64,000 nt of DNA from Leidyana gryllorum EB-2025a (Eukaryota; Protista; Apicomplexa): contig JBLWGC010000104.1 in assembly GCA_048772705.1 (NCBI GenBank), positions 558,001 to 622,000 on the forward strand, written 5' to 3'. The notes below the pieces were generated by a model, which did not search any database, had not been told where the DNA came from, and saw only the letters and a list, made by a program, of their open reading frames with translations. Positions 11,784 to 24,368 of this stretch are shown in pieces (the first letter of the stretch is position 1; every line of letters starts with the position of its first letter). The position numbers were made by a program, and so were the translations under genes.

Positions 11784-12860
11784 GTGGCATTATCAACAGG
11801 AGTCATTGGGTGCCCAGTGCACCCTGTCTTGGATCTACCCACGGCCAGACGCTTCGGGCCCACAACGCATGCCGCTGTAATGAGATTGCTGGTGGTTAAT
11901 TCAGTTTTCAGGCAGCGTGCACTGGAGCAAACCATTGGAGCTCTGGCCTTGAAGAACGAGTGGGAGGTCGCTGCAGTCAAACCCGGGAATAAGAGATCTA
12001 CAATCTGCTTTACGGCGTTGTTCGCTGTTTTTGTTATAGCTGCAATCACGGGAACCTGTGCTGCTGTTGTGTTGCTTCCCCCGAAAGGCTACATTCCGAT
12101 AGCAATTTCGGCCGTGATTCTCATATGTCTAATCTATGCCATGTTGGGACGGGCAGTACTGGCTGCTCAGGTCAAAGGAGGGGCGAGGGCCGCACATCGC
12201 ATGGTTAAACTCATCAGACCTAACATGATAGTACGTCTCAGTGCTAATAATATTTTACTTTGCCATCAGATCACCACCGGGTACGGAGCGGTTGTAAGCC
12301 TGGAGAACCCGTACTTGCGTAGGCTGCCGACGCTGATTATCAATCCGAGAGTTCAATCCTTCATAACGTACATGCGGCCACTAACGCGGAAGAAGACTTT
12401 AGACAACTGGGGGTTAAACTTGTCCGACAGCAGTTTTACTGCAGTTGCCCACGATCGTCAGGACAGCAACACCCCCTTCTGGGAAACAGCTCAGTTGTGT
12501 GACTCCGCCCCAGAAGGTCACAGCACTGTGGAGATTGTCGCTTCCAAACCCAACATGGAAACAATGGACGACGAGGCGCACATTGAGAGCATCATCAAGT
12601 CCACCTTCAAAGAGGGTTGGAAGAGATTGGCAGAACGCGAGGGCGCTCGGATATTTGTCGATCCCGAAACCCATTTAGCGACAGTCGAAGTGTCCACCAG
12701 AGACCACTCCTCAGCGGGGGGAGATCCCATTCGATTCTTCTCTCCGGGGATTGAAACGGAATGGCTGAATCAGGACGATCTCCTATTCATTTGTGAGAAT
12801 GATGGGAAGGCCGCCGTCTCTCGAACAGTCACCGATCGCCAAGAAGAAGGGGTTGAGTAG
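11784..12860 (+). CDS. Hypothetical membrane protein (2 TM, possible alpha/beta-hydrolase-like C-terminus)
   Basis: 358 aa ORF with two hydrophobic helices; probable in-frame intron ~12231-12269; start uncertain. Confidence 0.6.
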   Translation: MALSTGVIGCPVHPVLDLPTARRFGPTTHAAVMRLLVVNSVFRQRALEQTIGALALKNEWEVAAVKPGNKRSTICFTALFAVFVIAAITGTCAAVVLLPPKGYIPIAISAVILICLIYAMLGRAVLAAQVKGGARAAHRMVKLIRPNMIVRLSANNILLCHQITTGYGAVVSLENPYLRRLPTLIINPRVQSFITYMRPLTRKKTLDNWGLNLSDSSFTAVAHDRQDSNTPFWETAQLCDSAPEGHSTVEIVASKPNMETMDDEAHIESIIKSTFKEGWKRLAEREGARIFVDPETHLATVEVSTRDHSSAGGDPIRFFSPGIETEWLNQDDLLFICENDGKAAVSRTVTDRQEEGVE

Positions 12861-13869
12861 ATTCTCCTTATTGTACTTTAGAGGTTCCGCGAGGATTCTA
12901 CCCTCTTCACTCAACTGTGGAGTGCCGTCATATCCAACTTTAGGCAACCCTCATTTTCTCACCTTATACACATGACCTCCCGCCTCCTTTAGTACAGCGT
13001 GAGCCGCGGCCGTATCCCATTCACCTGGAGCCCCTTTCTTTTCGAACCATAACGGACTGCAACCTACTGGTAGGGCCCAAGCGTGGGTACACATCCGCCT
13101 CCCCCTTGGCTATGAGGAGGAACTTGAGGGAAGATCTGAGCAGAGGTGGCGCGTCAAACAAATGACTTTCGTCTCACCCGGTTTGAACGAGCTTTGGATC
13201 TCGAAGTTGGTCAATGAATTCTTTGGTTTGCTTATTGGAGTGATTTCGCGAAGAACAAACTCGTAGATCTTTGTCTGTCCATTTGAAGCTTTGAGCTTTA
13301 ATCTTCTGAGGGGTGCCTGTGGCACCCTCACGGTACATTGCTCCCGAGTCCTTGGCTGCCCAGAATGCTTCTTTGGTCGCGGGAACTGTCACGACCCCCA
13401 TCAAGAGCTCCCCATCACCCGTAACGAGTGCGATGTTGACAGTAAAGGAGTGGTGCCCTGCAGTTTGGACGCAGATATAAATATATATCTCTCTCAGAGG
13501 TATCTGTGCCTCCTCTCCACTCACGCTGAAGGAACTCTTTGGTACCGTCCAATGGGTCGACCAACCAATATTGGTCCCAGTTTTTGCGTTCGCAGTACGG
13601 TGCTTGGACACCTTCCTCAGAGAGAACGGGAATGTTCGGTGTCAAAGTGGCGAGTTTGGCGGCTATTATTTCGTGTCCTCGGTGGTCAGCTGCAGTCACG
13701 GGTGACTTGTCCTCCTAGCTGGGATTGAATAGAGTGCAACGGTGGGAGTGTGAGTCACCTTGTACTGAGTAGTCCAGAGAGACGGGTCTTCAAAGACCTG
13801 CATGATGGCTTCACCAGCCTCATCTGCAATGTCGACTACCGCCAACGGGTCCACTGCCACTGTGATCAT
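12783..13869 (-). CDS. cysQ: 3'(2'),5'-bisphosphate nucleotidase, bacterial CysQ-type (inositol monophosphatase family)
   Basis: [52 protein letters not shown]|[30 protein letters not shown]; about 5 spliceosomal introns. Confidence 0.9.
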
Positions 13870-14040
13870 TTTGTGCGAAAAGGAGATGCAAAAAGGGACG
13901 GCTGGGAGACATGTGTGTAAGTAATGGCTGGATCAAGTGATATTGAAATAACTCCGTATCGCTTAGTTTGATCTCTCATTCTTCCAAACTAACTCCTCTA
14001 CTGTTCTCTATCTCTTCCTTCACCTTTCCGAACAAGAACC

Positions 14041-15267
14041 ATGTGCGACTTCGAAGAAGCTCAGCCGATCGTTGTTGACAATGGTTCGGGTATGGTGAAG
14101 GCAGGTATTGCTGGCGAAGATGCTCCTGCGAATGTGTTCCCCTCGATTATTGGTCGCCCCAAGCACGCTGGTATCATGGTGGGCATGGAGAAGAAAGACT
14201 GTTACGTTGGGGACGAAGCTCAAGTCAAGCGTGGGATTCTCCATCTCACTTACCCGATCGCTCACGGTAAGTTGGATCGACGTGTGACGCCGCAGACTGT
14301 GTGATGGACAGGTGTTATTACTAACTGGGATGATATGGAGAAGATTTGGCATCACACCTTTTACAATGAGTTGCGAGTTTCCCCTGAGGAGCACCCTGTC
14401 TTGCTGACTGAAGCGCCTCTTAACCCCAAGTCTAACCGCGAGAAGATGGTCCAGATGATGTTTGAGACCTTCAGCTGCCCGGCCACCTATGTCAGTATTC
14501 AGGCTGTGCTCTCGCTGTATGCCTCCGGACGTACCACTGGTATTGTCATGGATAGCGGTGATGGTGTCTCCCACACGGTGCCTATTTACGAGGGTTTCGC
14601 CCTTCCGCATGCCGTGCTGCGCCTTGATCTCGCCGGCCGCGATCTCACTGAGTACATGATGAAACTGCTCCACTTGAGAGGCCACGCATTCACCACCTCG
14701 GCGGAGAAGGAAATCGTCAGAGACATCAAAGAGAAGTTGTGTTATATTGCTCTCGACTATGATGAAGAGATGAAGAAAGCGGAGGAGTCGGAGGAAATCG
14801 AGAAATCCTACGATCTCCCGGACGGAAACCAAATTACTGTTGGCAAAGAGCGGTTCCAGGCGCCCGAAGCTCTCTTCCGACCCACGCAGGTCGGCAAGGA
14901 AGCTCAGGGAGTCCACTGCACTACATTCAACTCCATCATGCTCTGTGATCTCGATATTCGCAAGGATCTATATGCTAACGTCGTCCTCTCCGGAGGTACC
15001 ACCATGTACGAGGGCATTGGCGAGCGTATGACCAAGGAGCTCACGGACCTCGCGCCATCTACGATGACAATTAAGGTGAGAAAGACGGGTCTTTAACAAC
15101 ATCTTCGCGCAACACCTCGTCAGGTTATCGCTCCTCCTGAGCGAAAGTTCTCTGTATGGATTGGCGGCTCTATTCTGTCGTCTCTCTCCACCTTTGCCAC
15201 TATGTGGATCACCCGAGATGAGTATGACGAATCGGGCCCGAGCATTGTTCACAGAAAGTGTATGTAA
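14041..15267 (+). CDS. ACT: Actin (divergent paralogue)
   Basis: [39 protein letters not shown]; introns 14267-14311 and 15076-15123; ends HRKCM. Confidence 0.97.
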
Positions 15268-15605
15268 ATGAGCAATGGAATCGCTCCTATTTAGTATAAT
15301 TTTGTCGGGCGTACAACAAACTGAGTGCGTCCTCGAGAAGAGAAAAGATCATATTATTCCGTAGACTTGCACTGGGGGTAGCCGTCTTAAGCTAACTGGG
15401 CGTAGAGTGCCACCTGCAACATACAGATATTCATATATAGCGAGCGGTAGCATATCGACTGGCCGTCATAGGGGGGGACACAGACCATTCGGCCCGTCTC
15501 GGGTGTTCAGCGTCGAAAGTGGTCTGTCAGTGACATGGGGCTGTCACCTAGCGACCTCAAAAAAGTGATACTTGGGGGAAAGGTGCCGAGAAAAGGAACA
15601 CTTTC

Positions 15606-16600
15606 ATGAGGTATTTGGCACTCGTATTCGCCACTGGCTTAGCGGCTGCTCGCCAGCTGGCCATAGAGTACCAGTTACCGGGGCTCAAAGGTGAGGTCTG
15701 CCCGTTTTTGGCCATTAACAGTGTCTTATCCGCAGAATGGCAGTTGTATGCCCAAGCCGAGTACGAGGGACTTGACTCCGCGGCCACCATGGACCGTGAG
15801 TTCTCGCGAGGAAAGGTGGTCAGCAGCATCGCTGGCGATTCTCTGGCGTTGGCACAGACTATATGGGATGCTTACAAACCCGTCAGAGACCTCCCCAACC
15901 GCATCATATTCCGACTGCGCGATCCTGAACAAGATTCCTCAACGGAAGGAAGTCTGAGTTCGTTCTCCTTGAAGTCAGTGAAGAACCAAAAACGACTGGC
16001 TAAGCTCCTCAGCCATCTCGACTTTGTCGTCCAACAAGACACCAAGGGTGCTGTGATATCTGCCAGCGTCCGAGCGCCCTTTGATGAGCTCGAGGTGAGC
16101 CTCGAAATTGTTTGTTCGCTACTCTGCTGCTTCTCGACCCGTCAGAAGCTGGAAACCATTCGCAACAAAATCGGAACAGTATCTCTGGTGAAGCCATTGA
16201 AGGAGACACGGTGAGTGGTCCACACACACACGAAGGTGCTACACTTGAGGCTGATCGGCAGGGTGGTGGAAAAGTTGCCACGTGTCGTGACTGCAGAGCA
16301 GTTGGAGAAGGATGAGTCTGAGAAGGGAGCTGGAAAGCCTCAACCACGGCAGCAATCCTTCCTCGGGAAATACGTGAGTCTCAACATAACTAGCAGATAT
16401 GACAAGGAGTTTGTATGCTTCAGTGGTGGTTGATAATGGGCGGGATGTTGGTAGCTCAGTTGTTTAAGGGACCGCCTCCCGAAGAAGATACCCAACAGCA
16501 AGCCGCACCAGGTGGCCAGCAGCAGCAACCACAGCAGGCTGCAGCAGCCCCAGCAACCCGTCCAAATGTAGCCCAGCGCAAGAAGAGAGGTGGCAATTGA
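15606..16600 (+). CDS. EMC10: ER membrane protein complex subunit 10-like
   Basis: Signal peptide; SFLGKY|WWLIMGGMLV TM motif near the C-terminus followed by a Q/A-rich tail; multi-exon. Confidence 0.65.
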
Positions 16601-16615
16601 TTTTTTTGCTTGGGT

Positions 16616-18002
16616 ATGGCCTCCTCCAAAGCCAACCTGCGGGCGTTGATGGCTCAAGAGCGAGCCCGGAAAGCCCGGGCCCGTCCAGATGCATCGGAGG
16701 AGGAACCCAGAGCCAAAGTGGCACGCTTAGATACCTCTAAACCACATCCACCACCATCTACTGAGAATGATTCGGTCAAATCAACTTTGCTACCACCACC
16801 CGCAGATCCCTTGCCCCCGGCGGGGCCGGTGGAGCTGAAGAGCATCTTAAGGCGGGCTGAGCGTCGCACGACCGTACGAAAAACTGTGCGGTTCGCGGAC
16901 AATCAGCCGACAGTACACTTGATAGAGAAATCGCCGAACATCAATACACCGCTCAGTCCCTTTCAAGAACTTATCCGAGCAGCTGGTGTGCCTCATGTGA
17001 TGCGCACAGTAAATGAGGCGAAGGATTTATGCACCTCAGCTCAATTGAAACCTACAGACATCATGGAGAGTATTCGCATGGAGCTCAAGGATCTCCTCGC
17101 CGGACCTCGGCCTCCAGCTGCCGAGGAACGGCAACGCAAGTTCTACGATATGTATTGGTGTCTCTCTGAATTCTTGGAAGCCCAGATGGCTCTCGCTGAG
17201 CTATCGGCATCAGACTCACCTCCCCCCGAGTCCGTTCACGACGAGGTGACTGATGTTCCTTCATCGCACAATGCAGAAGAAACTATGACTATAATAGCCA
17301 ATGAAGAGGACGAGGAGGAAGAGGCGCTCGGGTCCTCCCCCAGCCCCCAGTTACAACAGGAGGGGGAGTCGTTTCCGGCGGCGGTTTCACCTCCACAGCA
17401 GCAATTCGAACGGGAGTCAGTAATTACCGAAACCAATGTGGCTATCAGTAACGAAAATCACCCGTTGGGTACGACGGGGGAGAATCCGCAGCCGAAGAGT
17501 GTGGATTCGGCGGCGGACGAGGCTACGGCTGCGAAGGTATCCTCTTCACCTGAAAATCAGGATCTCGAAGCTTTCATTGCTGAGATAAATGTAACAACTC
17601 GCGAGGCGGTTATGGCTGATCAGGATGAGGTGCCCACTGAGCAATCTGTTTTGATGGCTGAACAGAAAAGGCAAACTGATCTGCAGGAAGTTGCCGTCAG
17701 TATCGATCAAGAGATACGCGATCTTGAAACGCGTGCATTGTAAGTCTATTGCTTTGCTTTGAGAAATTGTCATCATCCATCTTCTCATCAGCCGAGGGAC
17801 GCAACCCAAGGAGTTCTTATCGCGGTTGGAAGCGCGGACTCAGTCTGCAGTAGCTAATTCGAAAATTGCTTCCTCCCAGGTGGTGAACAATAATTCAAAG
17901 GCCGCTTCAGAGGAGAGCCGGGAGAGCAGCGCTGCCGAAACAGTGGATGACTTGGACTTCTTGATTGATGATCAAAGTTGGCGAATGTGGGATCGGCAGT
18001 GA
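16616..18002 (+). CDS. Hypothetical protein, weakly ZNF830/CCDC16-like
   Basis: N-terminal LRALMAQER, acidic coiled-coil C-terminus ending DDQSWR after an intron near 17740-17790. Confidence 0.5.
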
Positions 18003-18076
18003 GTTGCCTATATACGTACATTGATAGATAGTCAGAGGAAATCGATCGATATGAATGCGAATTCAATGCGCTTCTT

Positions 18077-21000
18077 CTACCCTAACCGCACAATATTAGC
18101 CGCCTCGTCCACCAACTGTGAGCTGCTGCTGTTTGATGAGCTGTGCTGGCTGCCTAGACTGTCACGTCTCTTTTCCCTACTTCCTTCATCCTCATCTTCC
18201 ATGTACGATGGGGGCTCCTGATAATTATTGCTCCCAGAGTGCGCTTCAAACCGCAAACCTCCAGTGTTCTCCACCTCCGCCTGCATCCGAGCCCAGTCGG
18301 CAGAGTCCTCCACTCGCCGCTCATTCGCCGGCCGCTCCGCCCAGTCCACCGGAGGCGTGGACACTAACGTGATTGGATCTCCTTTTGACACCACCTCATC
18401 TTCTTCGCTCCCCACCACTGGTGGGGGGGCAGTCTCACAACTCTCTCCACTACTCCCAGAGCCCCGTCTACCGTCTATATTTCCACACGCCGGGTCGTTG
18501 AGTGATGGTCCACTCTCAACGTCGTCTTCCTCGTGCTCCAGGTGAGTCAGACTCACTCGCACAGCCAGTTCGTCAATGTCCGGCGACTTGCCGCCTTCCC
18601 GATCTATAGTCCATTGCTCAGATTCCATCAATGGCGCCCGTCCGGCATCCATTGAGTTCTCCATCGGCACTTCCAGTCGAGTCAGCTCCGGGGGCTCCAC
18701 GCCCGGGGGCAGGAAGGTCAAACTTGACGGCGGCATATGGGATACCATCCCGAACAAGGGAAGACGAGGCCACCCCTCCTCCGATATTGAGATCCACACA
18801 TATCCCGCATGCGGCCAGAAACAGTACTTTAGATTAGCCGGTTCGATCCCGAAACAAGCCCCAAAGTATTTGAGCAAATGATAGTCTGCGAAAAGAGGTT
18901 GGTGAGTGAGTGCGCCGAACACCACTCGGCCAACGAACTCACCATCAGCGAAAACGAAGGTTACAGTATCACAGCTCTTTGTTGGTGGACTGAACAGATT
19001 CTCCGGATACAACTCATCCTCACTCGACACCAGGGTACTGCGGCAGAAGGTTGAAACTGAATAGCATCTGAGCGCTCCTCACCTGTCTTGAGAGTCTTTC
19101 AAATATATCTCGTCGAAATGCTTTTTGAAGTGCATTATGGATTCCGTCAGAGCGGGTCCGATCGAGCTCCAGGTACTGGTCAGCCCAGCAGTACACCACT
19201 GCTGCGGAGTCGGCACAACGCGTCCGGACTGCAGCGTTTATTGAACAGATCTTCTCAATAATAATTCTGGTCGCTCACCAAAAGTAACTCGCTTAGCCAA
19301 GACGCCGATGCTTCTATCTGCCGCCGACCCAAATCTGTGAGACCTGTGTCACGGCCTTGCGACACGCTGTTGTGACCAGCACGAATCATAATAATGTGCT
19401 TCTGGAAGCTGCCTTGCCACAGTGGTGGAGCATTGTACCGGAACCCGGGCGAGGCTTGCTGAGCATACCAGAAATGCTCATTGAGTAGTGACACCGGCTG
19501 ATCATTTATCAATCTCTGCTTCGAGGACGTCCATTGAACCCCGTCCTCCACAGGCACACATGGGCTGAAGGTCAGAGTTGGATTGTGATATACAGGCTGA
19601 AAGTCCTGCGGATCCAATGTATATGCGGCGTCGCCAATGATGAGAGCCGGACGCCCAGAAGCGTGGAGAGCGAGGGGCAAAACGGAACAGTGAGCCAGAT
19701 GGACAAATCTCCAGAAATGTCTCGGGAACCCGAGTTCCTCAAACACTTGGAACCGGAGGGTGTTGGCATGGCCAACATATATGCAGTGGTGAGCCCCGTG
19801 GTTCTCAGGCAGCATGACGGCCGGCGCGTTCCCCAAATACACCCCGCCGATCTTCATGGGTCCCGTCTCCAAAGGAGGAAATCGGAATGCTCTCAGTAAC
19901 GAAGCGTCGAAACCTTTGGTCAACCGAGTATCCCCGCTAAGGGTCGCCGGCTCGTAATCCATCCGTTGAGGCGTTGAAAGTGGTCCCTGGCCTCGCAGTG
20001 CTGCCGCCAAGATACTACGGGCATCTTCCATCTTGACTGACTCCCTAAAGATCACCAAGGCAATATAGTCGCAAACACCTCTAGGACCCACCGCTCGATG
20101 AATTGACGCAACTCGGCAACAGACGCCTGCGGTGGCAGCTCCATCTCGTTGATCTCGTATGGATACGGTGGGAGATGTTCGTTGAGTGTGGAGTGATTGA
20201 TGCGAACAATCTGTTCATAGGCGTGGGTCCCAAACTTGTCAGCAACTTGCTGCACTGTGGCTGCGCATTGTGAAGCGCAGGCAGTTGTGGATGTGAACAG
20301 TCCAAAAGTTCTCCGAAATCGACCAGTCAGCTGTCCCAGAAGTCTGGCCGTACAGGCCATCTGATGGATTCCCAGATTGGTGAGACCCGCATTCCGACGA
20401 TACGTATATGGCTGCGCATGACGGAAACACATAATGGTCCGCAGAAATATGGGCTCATCACACCAAGCCGGTTGTTGACCCAGAACGTGTCCTGTCAGAG
20501 CTACAAGAGGTCAATAGCGAGGTGACACAAAAACCAAACAACCACATCCAGGAGAATGAGGCCAATATATACACGCAGTACACTTACGATCGATCAGTTG
20601 CAGAGTCCGAGAGGGCTCCGAGCAGCACGCCAATAGCGTTCGGAGGGGCCTTTGAAAGAAGTCAGCGAAGATGCTTTGTTGCTTATCCCCCGTGACGAAA
20701 GCAATCATCCGGTCTGTCGGAAGCACAACGTGGTCAGCGTCGTCCCTTCCGTCCCCTTTGAATGTTCTCGCGGGCATCCCGATCGCGTGGACAGCCTCGG
20801 CATTGTCCTGTAACATAGAGAATGCGTCACCTGTCTTTCAGTCTTACACGAGGTGGCGAGTATGGAGCCAATGCTTGAACAAGATTTTCAATCGCTCCTT
20901 CCTCATGCAACGGACACTCAGGAGCCAATGTCAGTTCAATCTCAGCCATAGTTGCCGATTGGCATGTCAAAATAGCTCGACGCACTTGAGAACCCGGCAG

Positions 21001-21165
21001 AGAAACAGATGTCTGTGTCCATTTTGCACGTATTGAGCACTTCTCAAAAGGATATTGAAACCTCGCCTGGCCGCTCTGAATGAATATTCTCCGGTTGGCC
21101 CACTCTATCAACACCAATGTGTCATCTTGAGTACACGGGAGGACTGTCAGCTGCTCTGTTGGCAT
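18077..21165 (-). CDS. Large protein with two degenerate PGAM5-like histidine-phosphatase modules
   Basis: IMCFRHAQ..GLTNLGIHQ and IIMIRAGH..GLTDLGRRQ motifs; chain of ORFs linked by short introns; acidic C-terminus. Confidence 0.55.
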
Positions 21166-21219
21166 AACCAAATTTCATTCCCCTTTTTACACGTACATCC
21201 CTCCACACGGTTCGCATGC

Positions 21220-22785
21220 CTATTTTCGAACGTTGGCAGCAAGTAAAGCTGCTCCAATCCCACTCCCATCACTCGTGATCTCAATGTTTATCAAGTTCGC
21301 CAGTTTGGCCCCAATCAGCTCGTCCAACGCTTCTCTCACATCCTGCTGATATGTTGGATTCTTGGTGTATAGACTGCCATCCACACCAACTGTCACTCCC
21401 CCGATTGCCGGCTGCAATCTACCACTCGCATGAGCCAATGTTGCAACCGCAATGGCAAAAAGCTCGGCCGAGCGTCGAAATACTAAGCGGAACAAATCAC
21501 GCAGCATGCGACGCTCATTCGGCCTCTCGACATCCCAATCCAACATTTGCACCATCACTTGTCGAGTGACAAGACAATCATCGCCCTCTTCGTATGCCAC
21601 TGCTGCACACGCCTTGGTCGACAAACTCCAGTGTACCCAAGCGAGCGCTGGAGCTCGGTGCCTGAACAGCTTCAGAATTGTCCAACGACACAACTCCGGC
21701 AGGTATCTTCCCGATACCATTTTCTCTAAACACTGCTTCCCTACGTTCTCCGAGGCCAAATCTATCTCATAATCTAACATATTTCTCGGCAAACTCTGAC
21801 TGTCGAAGTTCCCCAGCTCGGTGTTTATGATGCAGCCATTGTATCCGTACTGTGGACGGGACCGAGGCTCGTAATAGGCAGCGTTGACTCCGGTCCCCAG
21901 GATCATCCCCACTAAGCAGGGTGGTCTTTTTTTGCTGCCAGCAGAACGTTTGCCGCGGCCCTCCCATACAGCAGACAGTAATGTTCCCACCTAGACCACT
22001 AATGCATGTGAGGGACGAATGTATCTCTTACAGTGTCGTTAAGCGTGGCTGCAACTCTTGCTGGAACACCACAGCGGTCAAAAGCCGCATTCAAGAGTTC
22101 ACACACGTCCGTGCCTTCGACAGGATCATCTGTATTTCGTCCTGTTTCGAAGCCTTTATTCCAGCAAATCAATCGCCCCTCATCAACAGCCTGTTTACCT
22201 CAATACGGGTCATTCGCAAATCATTCTACTCACTGTTTGATCCATTGGAAAGGAAAATGTGAATCCCACGTCGTATGTTTGATGACCAAGATCGTTCCAT
22301 TCGATCATTTTGGCTTTTACTAGTTCTGCAATGCTGTCGAAAAGCATTGTGGCCGTTGCATCAGCGTCCATTAGGCCTTTTCGGAACTTCCGACCTGCCT
22401 CAATGTCGCAGATCTGTCTGACAACAGAATCTTTATTGCACTTGGTTCCATCCAGTGCCACACGGACCACGCGAACTTGTGTTCCTCCAAAGTCCACTGC
22501 ATAGAATACCCCCTTCTCGTTGCCGGTCGGCAGCGTGTGGATCATTGTGTCCAGCATTTTGAGGGAACCATTCTGGGGTTGGAACGAGGAATGTGCCTTA
22601 AGGCAGGCCTCCAACTCCACACGGAAGGCTTGCGCAACTTGATGTCGTTGCTCAGACGTGAAATTTAATATGTCCTGGTACCGCTATGATCATCGACAAA
22701 GTGGCATCGGCGCAGCTCAGAACCTTTTTACCTTAAAGTGGTACTCAATTGGTGGTATTTCCGTCTTAACTCTCTTAAAATCCAT
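21220..22785 (-). CDS. HK: Hexokinase
   Basis: SLKMLD, PTGNEKG.FYAVDFGGT, GFTFSFP, GMILGTGVN, INTELG, LEKMVSG.YL, VGVDGSLY, DGSGIGAA. Confidence 0.95.
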
Positions 22786-22862
22786 CGTGTAAAGGGGAGG
22801 GTGCGAATACGCATGCCGAACACCCATGTCTCCGGTCAGTAAGGCCAGCGAACACATGTTCG

Positions 22863-24260
22863 ATGCTTCTTTTCTTATGTTATAGTCTCACCACACGCTT
22901 CTCATATGCCCTCTACTTACGCTCGACGCTTCGTTTAGCGGCTGTGCCGCAGGCTTTTTCAGCAGGCTTGACCCCGGACCTGCCATCGACTGGCTTCGTG
23001 CAGTCCGCTCCAAACAATGTTCAAACCAACCCACAGGAAGTCGCAACAATGCAGCAAGCGATACTAGCAGGTGGAATGCCCCCTGAACAGTTTTATGGTC
23101 CGGCCATGATGGGCATGGGCATGGGTGGAATGGGTGGATCAAACCAAGTTGTACCAATACCTTACCCGATGCCGGATTATAGTGAAGAGGAAGTTGATGA
23201 TGATTGTTGTGTTGGATGCCCCTGTGGTGAAGGCGGCGGCTCGGGAGGGGCAAATGTGGCCTTGAACGTCAATGGTCACCCTGATGAAGGTCACATACGA
23301 GAAGAGGAAGAAGAGGAATCCCCCGAAGTGCAGATGTAGGTTACATATACTAAGATGTCCGTTTACTCACGGGCCATGTTAGAGTTTCAGAGGAGGAAGT
23401 CGTAAACGACGAAGAAGAGGTACGCAGCTTTAGTGTCCAGTTCTGATCAGAGTACTTCATTTTACAGACAGAACAACGAATAGTCGATGACCACAAGGAG
23501 GCAGAGGAAGAAGCATACGAGTCAGAGCTTGAAGAGGTGAGAGCACAAAACTCAGTAGCACTCGCTAACCGGTTTTGAAAGGATTTGCAAGATGCGGCTC
23601 CAGAAGCGGAGATGGAGGAGGCTGAACTGGAGGAGGAGTTAGGCGAGGAGTATACGCCAGTTGCAGATCTCGCCGAGGAGGTTCAAGAGGTTGCAGAAGG
23701 TAATTGAATAAGCTGAAGTTGTGTGTTGAAAGTCGATGCAGATGGGAAGGTGGAGAACGCTGAACGTGAAACTGCCGCTCTGGAAGAGACTATCGAAGAT
23801 ACTTTCGAAGAAGAGCCGGCTCCCAACGAAGAGAAGGAGGTAGCAGAGCTGGCAGAGGAAGTCGAACAGAGTAGGTCTTGTTGGGCGTTGTGCAATCATT
23901 GACTTATGGTGCAGAGTTGGAGGAAGCGGATGAGTTGGAAGAAGAAGGTAAGAGCGTTTATGGCGACTGGTCTGGCAAGCTCACACATTGTAGTCAACGC
24001 ACCTGAAGAGAATGAGATAGTCAAGCCAGACCCAGTGCCGGATTCCGAGTCTGGCAAGCCTACTATATACTGTGACCGCGTTAAAGACGACGTCGAAAAG
24101 CTTCACAAGTTAGAGTCGAACTTGGAAGATGTGAGTATAGTGGTTGGTACTTCCTTGTTATCTGTACGTAGGCCCAGCGCGAAGCTAATCTAGAGGAGAT
24201 GGAGAGGGAAACCGAGGAACAAGCAGTGGAAGCACAGGAGGCCATTGATGATTTTTCTTA
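22863..24260 (+). CDS. Glu-rich, probably secreted hypothetical protein
   Basis: Hydrophobic N-terminus, M/G-rich and CCVGCPC segment, many short E-rich exons; boundaries approximate. Confidence 0.55.
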
Positions 24261-24368
24261 GATTAGCGCTTATTCATTACTCATTGAAGCAACGACCAAG
24301 TTATTTAGTCAACAACGAAGCCCTTTTGGCTTCATCATGATACATTGTAGTCCGGTGGAAATGTCTAA

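Noticed and set aside
14020-14916. 298-aa ORF antisense to actin
   Set aside because: Shadow ORF caused by codon bias on the opposite strand of a conserved gene.
18838-18852. tRNA T-loop-like GGTTCGATCCC
   Set aside because: No cloverleaf, and it lies within a coding exon.
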